A stretch of 53,194 nucleotides of DNA from Elusimicrobiota bacterium. Lineage in GTDB: Bacteria > Elusimicrobiota > Elusimicrobia > UBA1565. Position 1 is the stretch's first letter, and each line of letters begins with the position of its first letter. Shown here in pieces: positions 27,345 to 36,573 of this stretch. Under the pieces are notes generated by a model. It ran no database searches, had not been told where the DNA came from, and was given only the letters and a program-made list of their open reading frames with translations. The stretch is from the NCBI GenBank assembly GCA_002401485.1, contig NVTF01000003.1, forward strand, positions 1 through 53,194, written 5' to 3'. The position numbers and the translations under genes were made by a program.

Positions 27345-27926
27345 TTAACGCTCTTTGCGAATTTCGACCAATGCACTCTCAGCCAATTGGGTCCACCCAT
27401 CCTTATTTGGAACCCGCTGCATATAGGCTTCTAAATGTTCTTCCGCGGCATCCAGATCCCCCAGCCGGTATTGGGACATGCCCGCATGATACATGGCCAT
27501 ATAGTTATAGGGCTGGTATTTAATGACGATAATCATCATCGGCAGGGTGGATTGATCCTCCCCGGCGTCCGCCGCGGGATGAAAGACATCAAATAGGATA
27601 TTTGCGGCCGTATCCTGCCCACGTGAGGTGAGCCTCCCTAATAGGGTGTCTGCAGCTTCTAATTTGCCGGCCAACGCGTAACAGGCCGCGGTAAATCCAA
27701 CGCCTTCATCACCCGGGGGCGGCGGGGTTTTCTTAAGCGCCTCGGCATATTTCTCCGGGAGGCAATCCGGCTTAAGCCGGTTAAACCACTTGTTTTCAGA
27801 ACTGACCGGGCGCGTGGCATGGTAGACAGCGCCGGCGTTTCGCGCGCGCACGGAGATAAGTTCCTTGCGGAATATGACTAAAACCGCGAGGACGGTGAGG
27901 AGGAAGGGTAGGAAGATTCGTTTCAT
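27345..27926 (-). CDS. Membrane-anchored helical/TPR-like hypothetical protein
   Basis: Start reassigned to MKRIFLPFLL; TPR-like AMYHAGMSQYRLGDLDAAEEHLEAY. Confidence 0.8.
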   Translation of the reverse strand: MKRIFLPFLLTVLAVLVIFRKELISVRARNAGAVYHATRPVSSENKWFNRLKPDCLPEKYAEALKKTPPPPGDEGVGFTAACYALAGKLEAADTLLGRLTSRGQDTAANILFDVFHPAADAGEDQSTLPMMIIVIKYQPYNYMAMYHAGMSQYRLGDLDAAEEHLEAYMQRVPNKDGWTQLAESALVEIRKER

Positions 27927-27928
27927 GA

Positions 27929-27960
27929 TGCCAGGCACCGCGTGCGTTTGTTGCGTTTAG
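27929..27960. repeat. 32-bp REP-like dispersed element, copy 1
   Basis: tgccaggcaccgcgtgcgtttgttgcgtttag, identical to 46555-46586. Confidence 0.9.
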
Positions 27961-29342
27961 CGGCGGTTGAGGCGTTGGAGTTCACGATTCGCTCGGCCAA
28001 GGTCGACACCGGTGCCTTTGTAACTGCGCAGGATTTTTTTGAGGAAATCGATGAGGACGACCTCGGCGACGCCCTGCAGCTTTAAGTCGGAGAACGTCTT
28101 CCAATCCTCATTAAACAGGGCTTGTTTATTCGCCAGGCGCATGCGTTCCTGGTCGCGGCGCAATTTCTCGAGCCGCGCCTGGGCGCCGCGCCGCCGCTCC
28201 TCCAGCTCTTTGAGACGCAAAGCACGCGCGGCATCAGCGGCGATTCTCTGAGCCTCACCGGCTTCCGCCTCACGATCCGCGACTTCGATGCGCAAATCAG
28301 AAATTTCCTCACGCATCATGCGAAGTTCCTCAGCCAGCTTCCACTGTTTCACCTCAGCCGCTTCGAGCGCACGGGATAGATCACGCCGGTAAGACAGTTC
28401 CGAACTCAGCAATCGTTCATATTCCTCTTCGGGATCCCACTGCCCGAAGCGATAGGAAATGCTAAACGCATGGCTCCACCGCGACCCGTGCGACAAGGGA
28501 ACGCGAACGGCATAATCAACTCGTGCGCCAAGGGTGCTCCATCCCAAGCCCGCGCTGTACGAGCGCGACAATCCTCCTAGGATAATACCGTTGCGAACGG
28601 TAATCAAACCCTGCTTGGCCGTCGCCCAGGCGTATTCCATCCCCCCCGAGAGACCCCCGGAACCAAAACGACCGCCGGAGCCCTCCCGTTTGGTCAAATC
28701 AGCGACGACCGTGAAGCGCCGCACCTTTCGCGCGTACCCTAATTTCGCGATAAACGGCGCGCGGTCATCGAAGTCAGCGACACTCGTCAACGGGCGAGTG
28801 AGATTAAGCATTGAAAAACCAATTGTCTGATCTTCACCCCAGCGAAAAATCGTCCCAATATCTACCGTCGCTTTCGAAGAACGCGCGCCGATTTTTCGAC
28901 TGCTGCGCGAAATCGCCTTCAGAGAAATCCCGACATCAAGAATGCCCGCTCCAATTTCACGCCAGGAGCGCGTTGCATATGTCAGACCCAGCATCCGGTC
29001 GAGAGCGACCGGCTCGTTAATGTCCTGGGTCCAAGAAACGCCCAACGCGCCTTTAGCCGTGTCTCCATCGATTGGGATCGCAGCCCCAAGGGCCATGCCG
29101 CTTATATCCACCGGGCCGACCGGGGCGTGAAAGAGGCGGCGGATTCCCATCTCAAAGAGGGGGCGACGCACATCGCCCAAGGACGCCGGGTTCAGGATGA
29201 GCCCGGAAAGCCCGCCGGGTTCGGCCATACCGGATCCCGCCATCGCCATGCCGCGCGCGTTAATCGCAAAATCTTCGTTTGAAGCCCGGACCGCGGGCGC
29301 CAAGGCCACGATGAGTGCGAGCACCGAAACAACAATCTTCAA
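27957..29342 (-). CDS. PorP/SprF- or PorV-like beta-barrel with C-terminal coiled coil
   Basis: TTG start after AGGAGG overlapping the DGC stop; signal peptide; ARGMAMAG...NPASLG; barrel ends VDYAV...SISYRFG; about 130-aa coiled coil. Confidence 0.8.
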   Translation of the reverse strand: MKIVVSVLALIVALAPAVRASNEDFAINARGMAMAGSGMAEPGGLSGLILNPASLGDVRRPLFEMGIRRLFHAPVGPVDISGMALGAAIPIDGDTAKGALGVSWTQDINEPVALDRMLGLTYATRSWREIGAGILDVGISLKAISRSSRKIGARSSKATVDIGTIFRWGEDQTIGFSMLNLTRPLTSVADFDDRAPFIAKLGYARKVRRFTVVADLTKREGSGGRFGSGGLSGGMEYAWATAKQGLITVRNGIILGGLSRSYSAGLGWSTLGARVDYAVRVPLSHGSRWSHAFSISYRFGQWDPEEEYERLLSSELSYRRDLSRALEAAEVKQWKLAEELRMMREEISDLRIEVADREAEAGEAQRIAADAARALRLKELEERRRGAQARLEKLRRDQERMRLANKQALFNEDWKTFSDLKLQGVAEVVLIDFLKKILRSYKGTGVDLGRANRELQRLNRR

Positions 29343-30853
29343 GAAGCCTCCTTTCGGCCCGGACCGGAACGACCCCCGATCGCAGCACCATAAGCCGCAA
29401 CCGCGTCGCGACCCTTGGATTTTACCCAATAGAGCGCTTCATCGGCACGCGCAATCAACTCTTTTGCCGTTCGCCCGTCTTCAGGATAAGAGGCAATGCC
29501 GATCGACGCCGACATCCGTACCTCCCCCTCCCGGGCAAACGGGACCGGGATGCGGATCTCCCGGATGTCGTTGAGCAGACGATCCATGATCATCGCCGCA
29601 TCCTCGGCGTTGGTCTGCGGAAGAAGAATTAGTACCTCATCTCCCCCGAACCGGGCCGGGAAATCGATTTTACGCAATCGGTTATTGATGACCACGCCAA
29701 GGAGTTTCAAAGCCTCATCACCGATCTGATGACCGAAGGAGTCATTAATGCCTTTAAAAAAATCGATATCGATCATGGCGACCGATAACGGTTCGCGGCT
29801 GCGTTCGACACGGTAAAGCTCTTCTTGAAAACGTTGATTGAAATACCGCCGCACCGGAAGTCCCGTCAAACTATCATAGAGAGAAAGAGCCTGAACTTCC
29901 TCAAAGAGACGGCCATTGTCGACTGCCAGCGCAATCTGCCCCGCAAACGAACGCAGCAATCCAATATCTTCGCCCTGGATCGCTTCTTGGGAAATGAGAT
30001 TATCAACCACCAGCAGGCCTATTTTCTGTCCCTGCACCGCGAGGGGAACATGAACCACGCGCTCCTCGTAATGCTTCATCATCGCATCCGGCGCTTCACC
30101 CCGCAGGATTCGCGCGAATCGGTGATTCTCATCACCCAGAGGGACCATCTCTTCACGCAAAGCACGTGCGGTGCCGCGCACATCAACACTCAACTCACCG
30201 CGCAAATTCTTTTGCTCGCGGTCGACAAGATAGAGACGTGCCCGGTCCAAATCGAAATGGTGAACGATACCTTGCAGAATCAGTTTAAGTCCGTCCTCGA
30301 CCCGCAGCGAAGACGCGAAAACAGCCGCGAGATCCGTCAACGCCTCAAGCCGCTTCAACTGGCGCTGGCGCGCCTGGCCGACCCGGGCCCGGTAAAGATT
30401 CTGCGCAAGCTCAGCGGACAGCAGGCGCGCGAATTCCCGCTCAGCCGCAGAAAAGGGTTTCCGACTGCCGACACGCTCAAATCGAAGCGCGCCCAGCGCC
30501 GCTTCATCGCCTCCCGATGTCCAACGCAGCGGAACATACAAGAGGGCATGCGGTGAAGAATAACTTTGGAGTTTCTTGCGGCCATGCACCAACTTCCACA
30601 ACCCGCTCTCCTCCGTCAGATGAATTTCCTCAACCATCTCCAACAGCAAACCCGAATGAAGCGTCACCTGCAAAGATAACTCACGACGTCGCGGAGTGAG
30701 CAGGAACACGCCGATCCTGTCCGCCTTGACGCGCTCCCCGATTAATCTCAAACCGCGCGCGAGCATTTCATCTTCGCCCGCAATATCGTGATTGAGCTCT
30801 TTATGAAAATCGTAGAGCGATTCACGAATCCGGGAACTCGTCTTTTGACTCAT
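29339..30853 (-). CDS. GAF-GAF-GGDEF diguanylate cyclase
   Basis: DSLTGL, DIDFFKGINDSFGHQIGD, RKID I-site, ARFGGDEV, ADEALY. Confidence 0.92.
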   Translation of the reverse strand: MSQKTSSRIRESLYDFHKELNHDIAGEDEMLARGLRLIGERVKADRIGVFLLTPRRRELSLQVTLHSGLLLEMVEEIHLTEESGLWKLVHGRKKLQSYSSPHALLYVPLRWTSGGDEAALGALRFERVGSRKPFSAAEREFARLLSAELAQNLYRARVGQARQRQLKRLEALTDLAAVFASSLRVEDGLKLILQGIVHHFDLDRARLYLVDREQKNLRGELSVDVRGTARALREEMVPLGDENHRFARILRGEAPDAMMKHYEERVVHVPLAVQGQKIGLLVVDNLISQEAIQGEDIGLLRSFAGQIALAVDNGRLFEEVQALSLYDSLTGLPVRRYFNQRFQEELYRVERSREPLSVAMIDIDFFKGINDSFGHQIGDEALKLLGVVINNRLRKIDFPARFGGDEVLILLPQTNAEDAAMIMDRLLNDIREIRIPVPFAREGEVRMSASIGIASYPEDGRTAKELIARADEALYWVKSKGRDAVAAYGAAIGGRSGPGRKEAS

Positions 30854-32088
30854 TTGCAGCTCAAACTCAAAATAGTGTCGATTTCTGCGCCAGCGTGGAT
30901 TAATTCCTCGCGCATTAGACGTTCATCCAGACGGTCCGCCACAACCTCTTGCACGAGATGGTCCATACTACGGTCGAATACTTTCTCCAAGGCCCCAAGC
31001 GAATTCAGCGGTGGAAACATGCGCGCACGCTCGAGGCCGCTCATAAAAGCCCGCTCAATGGACGGGTACGCCCGCAGGGCCTCCCGAGCACTGCGCACCG
31101 AGGTCGGCAAAGCGCCGATTGCAGCGGCATACGCAGCGCTGGAATCGCCAAGCGCGAGTTCCCGCACCAATGAATATGCCTCACGCTGATGCTCGGAATC
31201 GGCGAGGATCGCCAGATTTTGAGAAGTCAGCAACGTTCGACCGCCGCCATTGGGATAAGGAACCGCGCCAAGCTCCCGATGTGTTTTCTCCGCGCTGCGG
31301 CGAGCGGCCCCGCGTTTGGGAAGCGCTCTTGGAAGCCGCCCTGAAATCTGGAGTGCGCAGCTGCCGTCAAACAAATCCCGCGGAGCAAGACCGCTGGGCC
31401 CCTTGAGCGGCATCCATCCATTGCGCACGAGGTCGAAATAATCCGCAACACCGCGCAGAGACGCTTCCCGCTGCAGCAGCGAACGGGTGCCGTCAGACGA
31501 AAAGAAATCTCCTCCCCGACCCCACAGACACGGAGCGACATCCCGCATCGAAACGGATTCCCGTGGATTGGGATTGGCCATCGGATGCGTCCGGCCGGTT
31601 GTGGACTTCCAGCGCTCGGCGAGTCGGCGGCAGGCCGTTTTAAGTCCGTCCCAATCCTTTAAGTCTACAGCCGGATCGATCCCCGCGCGCAGGAGCGCGT
31701 CACGGCGGTAATACAAAACGCGCAGACCGATCCACCACGGAAGTGAATAAACCAGGCGTCCATCACCGCCGCGGCAATGATCCCGCAAGGCCGCCGGCCA
31801 CCGGCCTAGGTCCAAGGCGGGGTCGAGTGAACCAAGATCCTGAAGTACACCGAGTCGGGCAAGCGTCGCCGTCCAATGGGAAGGAATCTGAACGATATCC
31901 GGACGAGGTTCCTGGCGGGGATTCTTAAGAATTCTAAACAGATGCCGCCACATCGACTCTTCTGTTCGAACCCAAATTCCCAGCCGTCCGCCCGGCTGCT
32001 CACGTCGAAACCTATACAAATGATCCCGCATCGTCGGAACAGTGGCGTACCCGTTGTTAGGAAGAACCCAAATCTGAAGTTCGCGCAT
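30850..32088 (-). CDS. Family-1 (sugar ABC) solute-binding fold protein without a signal peptide
   Basis: PDIVQIPSHW, YSLPWW...VLYYRRD, WDGL; TAATG overlap with the tsaD stop. Confidence 0.85.
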   Translation of the reverse strand: MRELQIWVLPNNGYATVPTMRDHLYRFRREQPGGRLGIWVRTEESMWRHLFRILKNPRQEPRPDIVQIPSHWTATLARLGVLQDLGSLDPALDLGRWPAALRDHCRGGDGRLVYSLPWWIGLRVLYYRRDALLRAGIDPAVDLKDWDGLKTACRRLAERWKSTTGRTHPMANPNPRESVSMRDVAPCLWGRGGDFFSSDGTRSLLQREASLRGVADYFDLVRNGWMPLKGPSGLAPRDLFDGSCALQISGRLPRALPKRGAARRSAEKTHRELGAVPYPNGGGRTLLTSQNLAILADSEHQREAYSLVRELALGDSSAAYAAAIGALPTSVRSAREALRAYPSIERAFMSGLERARMFPPLNSLGALEKVFDRSMDHLVQEVVADRLDERLMREELIHAGAEIDTILSLSCK

Positions 32089-33158
32089 TACGCCCATGTT
32101 CGCACGAGCAGCGCCGGATCGACAGCCCGTGTTCGCTTGAATTTTCCCGCCGCAATTCGAAGTCCCCCGGCGTAGGCGATCATTGCGGCATTGTCAGTGC
32201 AGAGAGCTAATGGAGGAAAAAAAGCCTTCAACCCTTCTTGCCCCGCGCGTGCTTTCAACTTCGCGCGCAGACGCGAATTCGCCGCAACCCCGCCTCCCAG
32301 AACGATGCTGCGCACACGTAAACGGTGAGCGGCGGCTATCGTTTTCTCAATCAAGGTATCAACAACCGCCTCCTGAAACGAGGCGCATACATCAGCCGTA
32401 AAACGCTTTGGCGGTTTTTTAAGTACCGGATCCCCCGGACGCACCCTTCCTGTCCCGAGGTATCCCGCATCCCGCACGTGATACAACACCGCCGTCTTCA
32501 AACCGGAAAAAGAAAAATCCCAAGACCCTGGAAGCAGGGCGCGCGGGAAGGCAATCGCCTCGGCGTTGCCGCTGCGCGCGAGAGCATCCACAACGGGCCC
32601 CCCCGGATACCCCAGACGCAGCAATTTTGCGACCTTATCAAAGACTTCTCCCGCCGCGTCATCACGCGTCCGACCCAACACGCGGTAAAGCCCCGGTCCC
32701 CGCACCGAAATTAACTCCGTATGCCCACCCGAAACAACAAGCGCCAGAAACGGCGATTTCACCGATGCCTCAAGATCCATGGCCAACGCGTGAGCCTCAA
32801 GATGGTTGACGCCTACCAGCGGAAGTCCGCTGGCGCGGGCAAGCGCCTCGGCCGCGACTTTTCCAACCAACAACGCTCCTGCCAATCCCGGACCCCGAGT
32901 GAATGCAATGGCATCCACCCAGGACTGAAGCGGTTTATCCGCAGCGCGAGCCCCGAACGCGATGACCAAGGCTTCACGAACAACGGGCCCGATCCGTTCA
33001 CAGTGGGCCCTGCTGGCTAACTCCGGAACAACTCCCGAATACGGTTTATGCAGGTCGATCTGAGACGAGATGACATTAGACAAGACCTTTCGGCCGCGAA
33101 CCACAGCGGCAGAAGTCTCATCACATGAAGTCTCTATGCCCAGAAGGACGGGAGACAC
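32088..33158 (-). CDS. tsaD: tRNA N6-adenosine threonylcarbamoyltransferase
   Basis: LGIETSCDETS, GVVPELASRAH, NHLEAH, VSGGHT, DDAAGE.FDK, FSFSGLKT, CTDNAAMIA. Confidence 0.98.
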   Translation of the reverse strand: MSPVLLGIETSCDETSAAVVRGRKVLSNVISSQIDLHKPYSGVVPELASRAHCERIGPVVREALVIAFGARAADKPLQSWVDAIAFTRGPGLAGALLVGKVAAEALARASGLPLVGVNHLEAHALAMDLEASVKSPFLALVVSGGHTELISVRGPGLYRVLGRTRDDAAGEVFDKVAKLLRLGYPGGPVVDALARSGNAEAIAFPRALLPGSWDFSFSGLKTAVLYHVRDAGYLGTGRVRPGDPVLKKPPKRFTADVCASFQEAVVDTLIEKTIAAAHRLRVRSIVLGGGVAANSRLRAKLKARAGQEGLKAFFPPLALCTDNAAMIAYAGGLRIAAGKFKRTRAVDPALLVRTWA

Positions 33159-33164
33159 GTACGT

Positions 33165-34469
33165 TTAGCCGTCGCTGACGGTCAGACTGCTGAGCACTTC
33201 GCGTGCCTTGAGAAGTTCGAGCGCACGGTCGAGAACGGTATCCCTAATCTGTTTTTCTTTATCCACCGCGGATTCGCCACCCTTCCCCTTTTCGAAGATC
33301 ATTTCGCCTTGAGCCTGTAATTTAACCTCGGCTTCACGCGTCACAGTCACCGCGAAGTCGGGAGAAATGCCTCCCGTCTTCTCTTTCTCATTGCGTTGAA
33401 TGCCCCGCCCCGCCGGCGTGTAGTACTTTGCCACGGTTAAGCGAAGACCCGATCCATCCGAGAGAGGAATCACAGACTGAACACTTGCTTTCCCGAAAGA
33501 ACGTGAGCCGACGATCACCGCACGCTTATGGTCCTGCAGGGCGCCTGCAACGATCTCACTTCCGGATGCCGATCCGCCGTTAATCAGTACAACCATCGGC
33601 AGGTAGGAATACGGAGAGCGTGATCCTGCGCGGAAATCCTGACGATTCTCTTTCGCGCGTCCTTGCGTATAAACGATTAATCGATTGTCCCCCAAAAAGA
33701 AAGAGGCGACATCAACGGCGGCCGTCAACAACCCTCCTGGATTATTGCGCAGGTCCAGCACCAGTGACGTGGAGCCGGCCTTCTTGAGCTCCCCCAATGC
33801 AGTGACCGTATCATCGGCCGTGTGAGCGCTGAACTCAAGAATTTTGACGTATCCCGTTTTGTTTTCAAGCATGCGGGATTGAACGCTCTCAATTTTAATG
33901 ATCTCGCGCGTGATCGTAATTTCATGAGTCGACCAATCATGTTCCTCCACGTCCGGGGTATTATCGCGAGCCACGGTAATTTTAATCTTGGTCCCCGGCT
34001 TACCGCGAAGCTTGGTCACCGCCTCGGTCAGGGTAATCCCCTTCGTACTATCCTCTTCAATCTTAATGATGCGGTCCTGGGGCAACACCCCGGCCTTGTA
34101 CGCCGGTGTACCGGGTATCGGCGTGATTACGGTTAACCATTGCTCCCGCATCCCGATTCGGATTCCGAGCCCGCCGAACTGCCCTTCCGTTTCAGTTTTG
34201 ATTTCTTTATGAACCTTCGGCTCCATGAACTGCGAGAACGGATCCAGGGTTCCCACCATGCCCCTAGCGGCTCCGCGCACGAGGTCTGTACTGTCGATCT
34301 CTTCGACGTAGTTTTCCTTGATATAGTCAAGAACATCAACAAGAACCTTGAGCTGCTCATAGGTATTATCCGCAGCGGCATACGCGCGCGGAAGCAACCA
34401 TACACCTAATGCCGCCAAACAAACCGCTACTGTGATCGTCTTAAATTTTTCTCGCAACGCCGCTTTCAT
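33165..34469 (-). CDS. ctpA: S41A C-terminal processing protease
   Basis: PDZ FGGLGI; DLRNNPGGLL, SASGSEI, SFGKASVQ, YYTPAG. Confidence 0.95.
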   Translation of the reverse strand: MKAALREKFKTITVAVCLAALGVWLLPRAYAAADNTYEQLKVLVDVLDYIKENYVEEIDSTDLVRGAARGMVGTLDPFSQFMEPKVHKEIKTETEGQFGGLGIRIGMREQWLTVITPIPGTPAYKAGVLPQDRIIKIEEDSTKGITLTEAVTKLRGKPGTKIKITVARDNTPDVEEHDWSTHEITITREIIKIESVQSRMLENKTGYVKILEFSAHTADDTVTALGELKKAGSTSLVLDLRNNPGGLLTAAVDVASFFLGDNRLIVYTQGRAKENRQDFRAGSRSPYSYLPMVVLINGGSASGSEIVAGALQDHKRAVIVGSRSFGKASVQSVIPLSDGSGLRLTVAKYYTPAGRGIQRNEKEKTGGISPDFAVTVTREAEVKLQAQGEMIFEKGKGGESAVDKEKQIRDTVLDRALELLKAREVLSSLTVSDG

Positions 34470-34487
34470 GATGGTCTCCCTACTTTC

Positions 34488-36419
34488 TTAACGTTTACTC
34501 ATGCTGGTGCTTCTCAAATATAGGGAAGGGTCGAACGCCTTCCCGCCCTGACGAAATTCAAGGTACAAGCGGCCGCGTTTACCGTCAACAGACGCGAGGA
34601 CCGTTCGTGTACTGACGCGATCCCCTTTTTTCCGGCGCAACCCGGATAGATGGCCGTAAATACTATAGAAACCGCGCCCATGGTTCACGATAATGACATT
34701 GCCATAGGAGCGGAAAGGACCTGCAAAAATGACATCGCCAACACTGACGGGGCGAACTTCCGCCCCCTTACGAGCCGCAATATCGATACCGTTATGTATC
34801 GTCCAGGTTTTCAGCTCGGGAACCCGCCGTTTCCCGAATTTTTCCACAACCGGTCCCAAAACAGGCGCCGGTAAAGACCCTTTCGAAAGCCATGGCGTCG
34901 TTGATTGGATTTTGCCTTTTTTCGCGGAGCGTTTCGTTAAATCCCGGATCAGACTCGCAAGTTGGCGCGCAGACGACTCCAACGACTTGAGAAGCTTCTC
35001 AGCCCGCGAAGCGCTCTTGGAAACCGTCTCGACCGCTTTCTTGCTTCGCTTGAGTTTGCTGTCCTCTTTCTGCAGACGCTGGATTTCGCGGCTCGCTTTT
35101 TTCTGAATCGAATCGACCCGCAGCACCGCCTTCTGGCGAGCCCCGATGGAATCGGCATCGATCATCCGCAACTGCGTCAGATAGAGAACCTTTTCCCGGA
35201 TCGCGCCCCGACGCAATGCTTCTTCCCAGAGAGCGCCGCTATCGTAGAACGTATCGGCGCCCTCCGATATGCGGCGATACCCTTCAACCTCTTCTCCGAT
35301 CAATCTGCGGCTTTCATTGCGGGCGATCGAAAGCGATTCCAACTTTGAATCCAGCAAAACGCGTTCGTTATCGAACTCCCGAAAGCTCTCTTTGAGCTCT
35401 TCGACACGCGACGCCGTGGTTCGACGCTGCCGCTTCAAGAGTTTAAGGTGTTCCTGCGCCTTGTTCTTTTCCCGCCGAATCGCACTCACGGTTTTTTTCT
35501 GATTTTCCAGTTTTATGGTCACGTTTTTCAGTTCGCGCCGTTTCGAGCGCACCGATGCAGCCTCAAGTCCAGACGCCGGCAAAAGCAAGGACGCTGCCGC
35601 CAAAACCGCCACATTCTGACGCCGCTCGCGACCCGAAAACGGATTCCAACGTGCGCCCTTGATTTCGGGTAATGACGCCGCAACCCCGCCAAGCGCCGCA
35701 CCCACCAGCAACCCGCACCGGGCGATCCAAGATACCGCCCCCATAATCAGACCCTCCGAAGCCGGACCCGCAAGCGCCGCGGCGGCGGCGGCACCGATCA
35801 GCGCTCCCGACGCTGAGACACCGCCTCCAATCAAAAGTTCCCGTCTAATTTCTTTAGTGAAGGTTCGGCCCGATCGCAAGAATCCCAGGAAACACCATGC
35901 GATCCATAACGCGATCGTTGCGACCGCGAGTGAAATCACGATATTTGCAAACCGTTCATAAAACCGCATTTGCATGAGAGCACGAACCTGATAAGGCTTA
36001 AAAACAACTTCTTCGACTTCTTCAAAATCCCGAACACGCTCAGCCCAAACAGGCAAGGACCCGATCGCCGCGTCCTTCAATTCAACTTCGAATGCCCCCG
36101 GGAGTGGGTTTTCACCCATGAGGGCGACCGAACGAAACACGGTAGGGTCGCGTGCTTCGATGCGCGCCAACGCGTCTTCGGGAGAAACATACACCGCTCG
36201 CTCAGTTCCCGTGAGCGCGGAAATTTTTTTCCCTACCTCAACCGCCCGGTCATCATTAATCGATCCTTCAAGAAAAACAATTATTTTTAAATCCAAGAAA
36301 AGCGATCGCTCCGCCTCAGCCGCATGGGCGCGAAAAAAGAGCAGGCTCTCAGCAAACAGTCCCCCAACAAGGCCTACCACCAAAAGCGAAATTGGCCAGC
36401 GAAATGAGTTATTTTTCAT
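34488..36419 (-). CDS. FtsX-like + EnvC-like (coiled coil, M23) fusion
   Basis: FtsX extracellular motif YVSPEDAL...ENPLPGAFEV; coiled coil; HNGIDI...YGNVIIVNHG...YGHL...LYLEFR. Alternative TTG start at 36443. Confidence 0.85.
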   Translation of the reverse strand: MKNNSFRWPISLLVVGLVGGLFAESLLFFRAHAAEAERSLFLDLKIIVFLEGSINDDRAVEVGKKISALTGTERAVYVSPEDALARIEARDPTVFRSVALMGENPLPGAFEVELKDAAIGSLPVWAERVRDFEEVEEVVFKPYQVRALMQMRFYERFANIVISLAVATIALWIAWCFLGFLRSGRTFTKEIRRELLIGGGVSASGALIGAAAAAALAGPASEGLIMGAVSWIARCGLLVGAALGGVAASLPEIKGARWNPFSGRERRQNVAVLAAASLLLPASGLEAASVRSKRRELKNVTIKLENQKKTVSAIRREKNKAQEHLKLLKRQRRTTASRVEELKESFREFDNERVLLDSKLESLSIARNESRRLIGEEVEGYRRISEGADTFYDSGALWEEALRRGAIREKVLYLTQLRMIDADSIGARQKAVLRVDSIQKKASREIQRLQKEDSKLKRSKKAVETVSKSASRAEKLLKSLESSARQLASLIRDLTKRSAKKGKIQSTTPWLSKGSLPAPVLGPVVEKFGKRRVPELKTWTIHNGIDIAARKGAEVRPVSVGDVIFAGPFRSYGNVIIVNHGRGFYSIYGHLSGLRRKKGDRVSTRTVLASVDGKRGRLYLEFRQGGKAFDPSLYLRSTSMSKR

Positions 36420-36447
36420 CGTTATCGAATTACCATCAAACAAAAAG

Positions 36448-36468
36448 GACCTCCGTAGTCTGGAGGTC
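36448..36468 (-). terminator. Terminator-like hairpin in the ftsX-envC leader
   Basis: GACCTCC-AGACTAC-GGAGGTC then CTTTTTGTTT. Confidence 0.6.
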
Positions 36469-36481
36469 GGCGCACATAGAC

Positions 36482-36510
36482 AAAATAGCCGCCAAATAGG
36501 CAGTTGTCAA
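36482..36510 (-). promoter_or_regulatory. Sigma70-type promoter
   Basis: TTGACA-17 nt-TATTTT. Confidence 0.6.
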
Positions 36511-36573
36511 TACCGTCTACCTTAATTAAGTCATTACGTGGGGATGAGGTTTGTTCTTACAGGGGACCCAAAC

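Noticed and set aside
27330-27960. The 27345 gene and the DUF2339 pair as integron cassettes (both followed by TAAC)
   Set aside because: No RYYYAAC...GTTRRRY attC structure and no integrase.
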